The position numbers and the translations under genes are program-made. Under the pieces are notes generated by a model, which was not told where the DNA came from, ran no database searches, and was given only the letters and a program-made list of their open reading frames with translations. This document shows positions 61,370-64,000 of a stretch of DNA of 64,000 nucleotides, in pieces (positions within the stretch are counted from its first letter, which is position 1; each line of letters starts with the position of its first letter). Origin of the DNA: Felis catus (lineage: Eukaryota); assembly GCF_018350175.1 (NCBI RefSeq), contig NC_058368.1, positions 69,938,001-70,002,000 on the forward strand, given 5' to 3'.

Positions 61370-62844
61370 TGTAGGGAGGGGAATCCCCATACTAACAATA
61401 AAAATTCATGGCCACCAGCTGGGTGTCCTACAATTCAAAGCAATTCTGACACTCTCTACCCGGAGACAGTATCAGATTCCACAGCTCATACGACCCAGCA
61501 ACAGCACTGCTGGGAATTTATCCAAGGGATACAGGAGTCCTGATGCATAGGGACACATGTACCCCAATGTTTATAGCAGTGCTTTCAACAACAGCCAAAT
61601 CATGGAAAGAGCCCAAATGTCCATCAAATGATGACTGGATAAAGATGTGGTACATATATACAATGGAGTACTACTGAGCAATGAAAAAGAATGAAGTCTG
61701 CAACTACATGGATGGAACTGGAGGGCATCATGCTGAGTGAAATACGTCATTCAGAGAAAGACAGATATCATGTTTTCACTCATATGTGGAAGTTGAGAAA
61801 CTTCATGGAAGACCATGGGGGAAGGGAAAGAAAAAAAAACATATGGTTACAGAGAGGGAGGAAACCCATAAGAGACTTTTAAAAACAGAACAAACTGAGG
61901 GTGAAAGAGAGTGAAATGGGTGATGGGCATCGAAGGTGGCACTTGTTGGGATGAGCACTGGGTGTTTTATGTAAGTGATGTATCATGGGAATCTACTCCT
62001 GAGGCCAAGAGCACACTGTACACACTGTATGTTAGCTAACTTGACAAAAAATAATACTAAAAAAAATAATTTAAAAAAAATTCCACAGGTTAAGGGCTCA
62101 GTCCTATAAGACTGCCTTCCCCCCGACTTCAGGCACCACAGGCAAGCCTAGGTTGTCACCTGTGCTTCTGACTGATGAGCTACAAATTGGAAGTTCCAAA
62201 GACCATCTCCTTGAACTTCAGATACAAGTCACAATCCCAGGTTGTTGCCTGTATTTCTGACCTACTGACTATAAATCAGTATAAACGACCTCCTTGTAGG
62301 GTTCAATTAACTTGCTGGAGCTGCTCACAGACCTCAGGAAACACTTTACTTACTAGATCACCAATTTATCATAAAAGGATATAACTTGGGAGCACTCAAG
62401 TGGAAGAAATGCACAGGACAAAATAGGTGGGAAGGGGCACGGAGCTCCCACGCCCTCTCCAGGGTGCCTCTGTCCCCGTACCTCCCTGTGCCTACCAACC
62501 TGGAAGCTCTTCCAACCCTGTCTTTTGGGTTTTTATGGAGGCTTCCTTACATAGGCATGGTTGATTAAATCATTGGCCGCTGGATATTAACTCAATCTCC
62601 AGGCCCTCTCCCCCTCCCTGGAGGTCAGGGGGTGGGAATGAAAGTTCCAACTCTCTAGTCACATGATTGGTTCTTTTGGCAACCAGGCTCCATCCTTAGC
62701 CAGCTCCCCAAAGTCACCTCATCAACATAACAAGAGATAGTTCACCACTCTCATCACTTAGGGAATTCCAAGGGTTTTAGGAGCTCTGTTCCCAAAACAG
62801 GGAAGATTGAATATGTATTTCTTATTATAAATCACAATCTCACA
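61370..62844 (-). mobile_element. MER21-like LTR split by an L1 3' fragment
   Basis: caccagctgggtgtcctacaattcaa...gattccacag|gttaagggctcagtcc...ttcttattataaatcacaatctcaca. Confidence 0.8.
61485..62079 (+). mobile_element. 5'-truncated L1 (end of ORF2 + 3' UTR + A tail)
   Basis: TSD attccacag 61476-61484 / 62080-62088; acatgtaccccaatgtttatagcag...; gggtgatgggcat 3'UTR. Confidence 0.92.
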
Positions 62845-62969
62845 GTAGTTAAACACAGAGAAGGGACTCAACCTGTTTGAGAAGATAATTCACAGGAATA
62901 CAGTCTTGATAGCAGAATGAAATTTGAATTCATGGGCCTTAACATTACTACCATAATCTACTATCTTTT

Positions 62970-64000
62970 GATCCTCTCAAGAGATGCAGAGAAAGCATTT
63001 GACAAAATACAGCATCCTTTCTTGATAAAAACCCAAGATCATAAAAGCTATTCACAAAAGATCCACCGCTAATATCATCCTCAACGGGGAAAAACTGAGA
63101 GCTTTCCCCCTAAGGTCAGGAACACGACAAGGATGTCCACTCTCACCAGTGTTATTCAACATAGTGTTGGAAATCCTAGCCTCAGCATTCAGACAACACA
63201 AAGAAATAAAAGGCATCCAAATTGGCAAGGAGGAAGTCAAACTCTCACTCTTTGCAGATGACATGATACTCTATGTGGAAAACCCAAAAGACTCCACAAA
63301 CTGCTAGAACTGATCCATGAATTCAGCAAAGTCACAGGATATAAAATCAATGCACAGAAATTGGTTGCATTTCTATACACCAATAATGAAGCAGCAGAAG
63401 GAAAAATTAAGGAATCTATTCACAACTGCACCCAAAACCATAAAATACCTAGGAATAGAGTTAACCACAGAGGTGAAAAATCTATACACTGAAAATTATA
63501 GAAAGCTTGTGAAATAAACTGAAGAAGACACAAAAAAATGGAAAAACATTCCATGCTCATGGACTGGAAGAACAAATATTGTTAAGATGTCGATTCTGCC
63601 CAAAGCAATCTACATACTCAATGCAATCCCTATCCAAATAACACCAGCATTCTTCACAGAGCTAGAACAAACAATCCTAAATTTGTATGGAACCAGAAAA
63701 AACCCTGAATAGCCAAAGCTATCCCGAAAAAGAAAACCAAAGCTGGAGGTATCACAATTCTGGATTTCAAGCTATATTTTAAAGCTGTAATCATCAAGAC
63801 CATATGGTACTGGCACAAAAAAAGACACACAGATCAATGGAACAGAATAGAGAACCCATAATAGACACACAAACGTATGGCCAACTAATCTTTGACAAAG
63901 AGGAAAGAATATCCAATGGAAAAAAGATGGGCTCTTCAGCAAATGGTATTGGGAAAACTGGACGGTGACATGCAGAAGAATGAACCTGAACCACTTTCTT
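62970..64000 (+). mobile_element. L1 ORF2 fragment (RT domain onward), runs off window; antisense to SLC15A1 intron 5
   Basis: [23 protein letters not shown] and LFADDMILY (FADD codons 63251-63262); frameshifts and an internal deletion. Confidence 0.96.

Noticed and set aside
1..64000. Novel multi-gene system, CRISPR array, operon or horizontally acquired segment
   Set aside because: The sequence is ordinary felid genomic DNA. The recurring motifs are dispersed SINE copies, not regularly spaced repeats, and no long ORF exists outside SLC15A1 exons and decayed L1.

Overview
Mammalian (felid) genomic DNA, judged from dozens of tRNA-derived Can-SINEs including young cat-type copies, carnivore L1s and ERV LTRs. 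The only protein-coding gene I can support is SLC15A1 (PEPT1, proton-coupled di/tripeptide transporter, POT/PTR2 family) on the minus strand. Eighteen coding exons lie between 61242 and 30650, all with GT-AG boundaries and compatible phases; I number them 6-23 from my recollection of the human gene. They total 1759 nt with no stop before the TAA at 30650-30652, and a poly(A) signal follows at 29928-29933. Exons 1-5 lie beyond the right edge. Positions 1 to about 29900 are intergenic and repeat-rich. Almost all ORFs in the supplied track are artefacts of repeats or exon read-through. I found no evidence of a new multi-gene system. The best leads are a compact TATA/GC-box/GATA/AP-1 promoter-like module at about 4.3 kb, an orphan CpG-island-like patch at about 20.6-21.2 kb, a templated-insertion repair scar at 29.6 kb, inverted SINE pairs bracketing single SLC15A1 exons, repeated retroposition into the same target site, and a possible PEPT1-RF-like truncation at exon 7. 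Repeat family names come from recalled consensus sequences, not from a database search.
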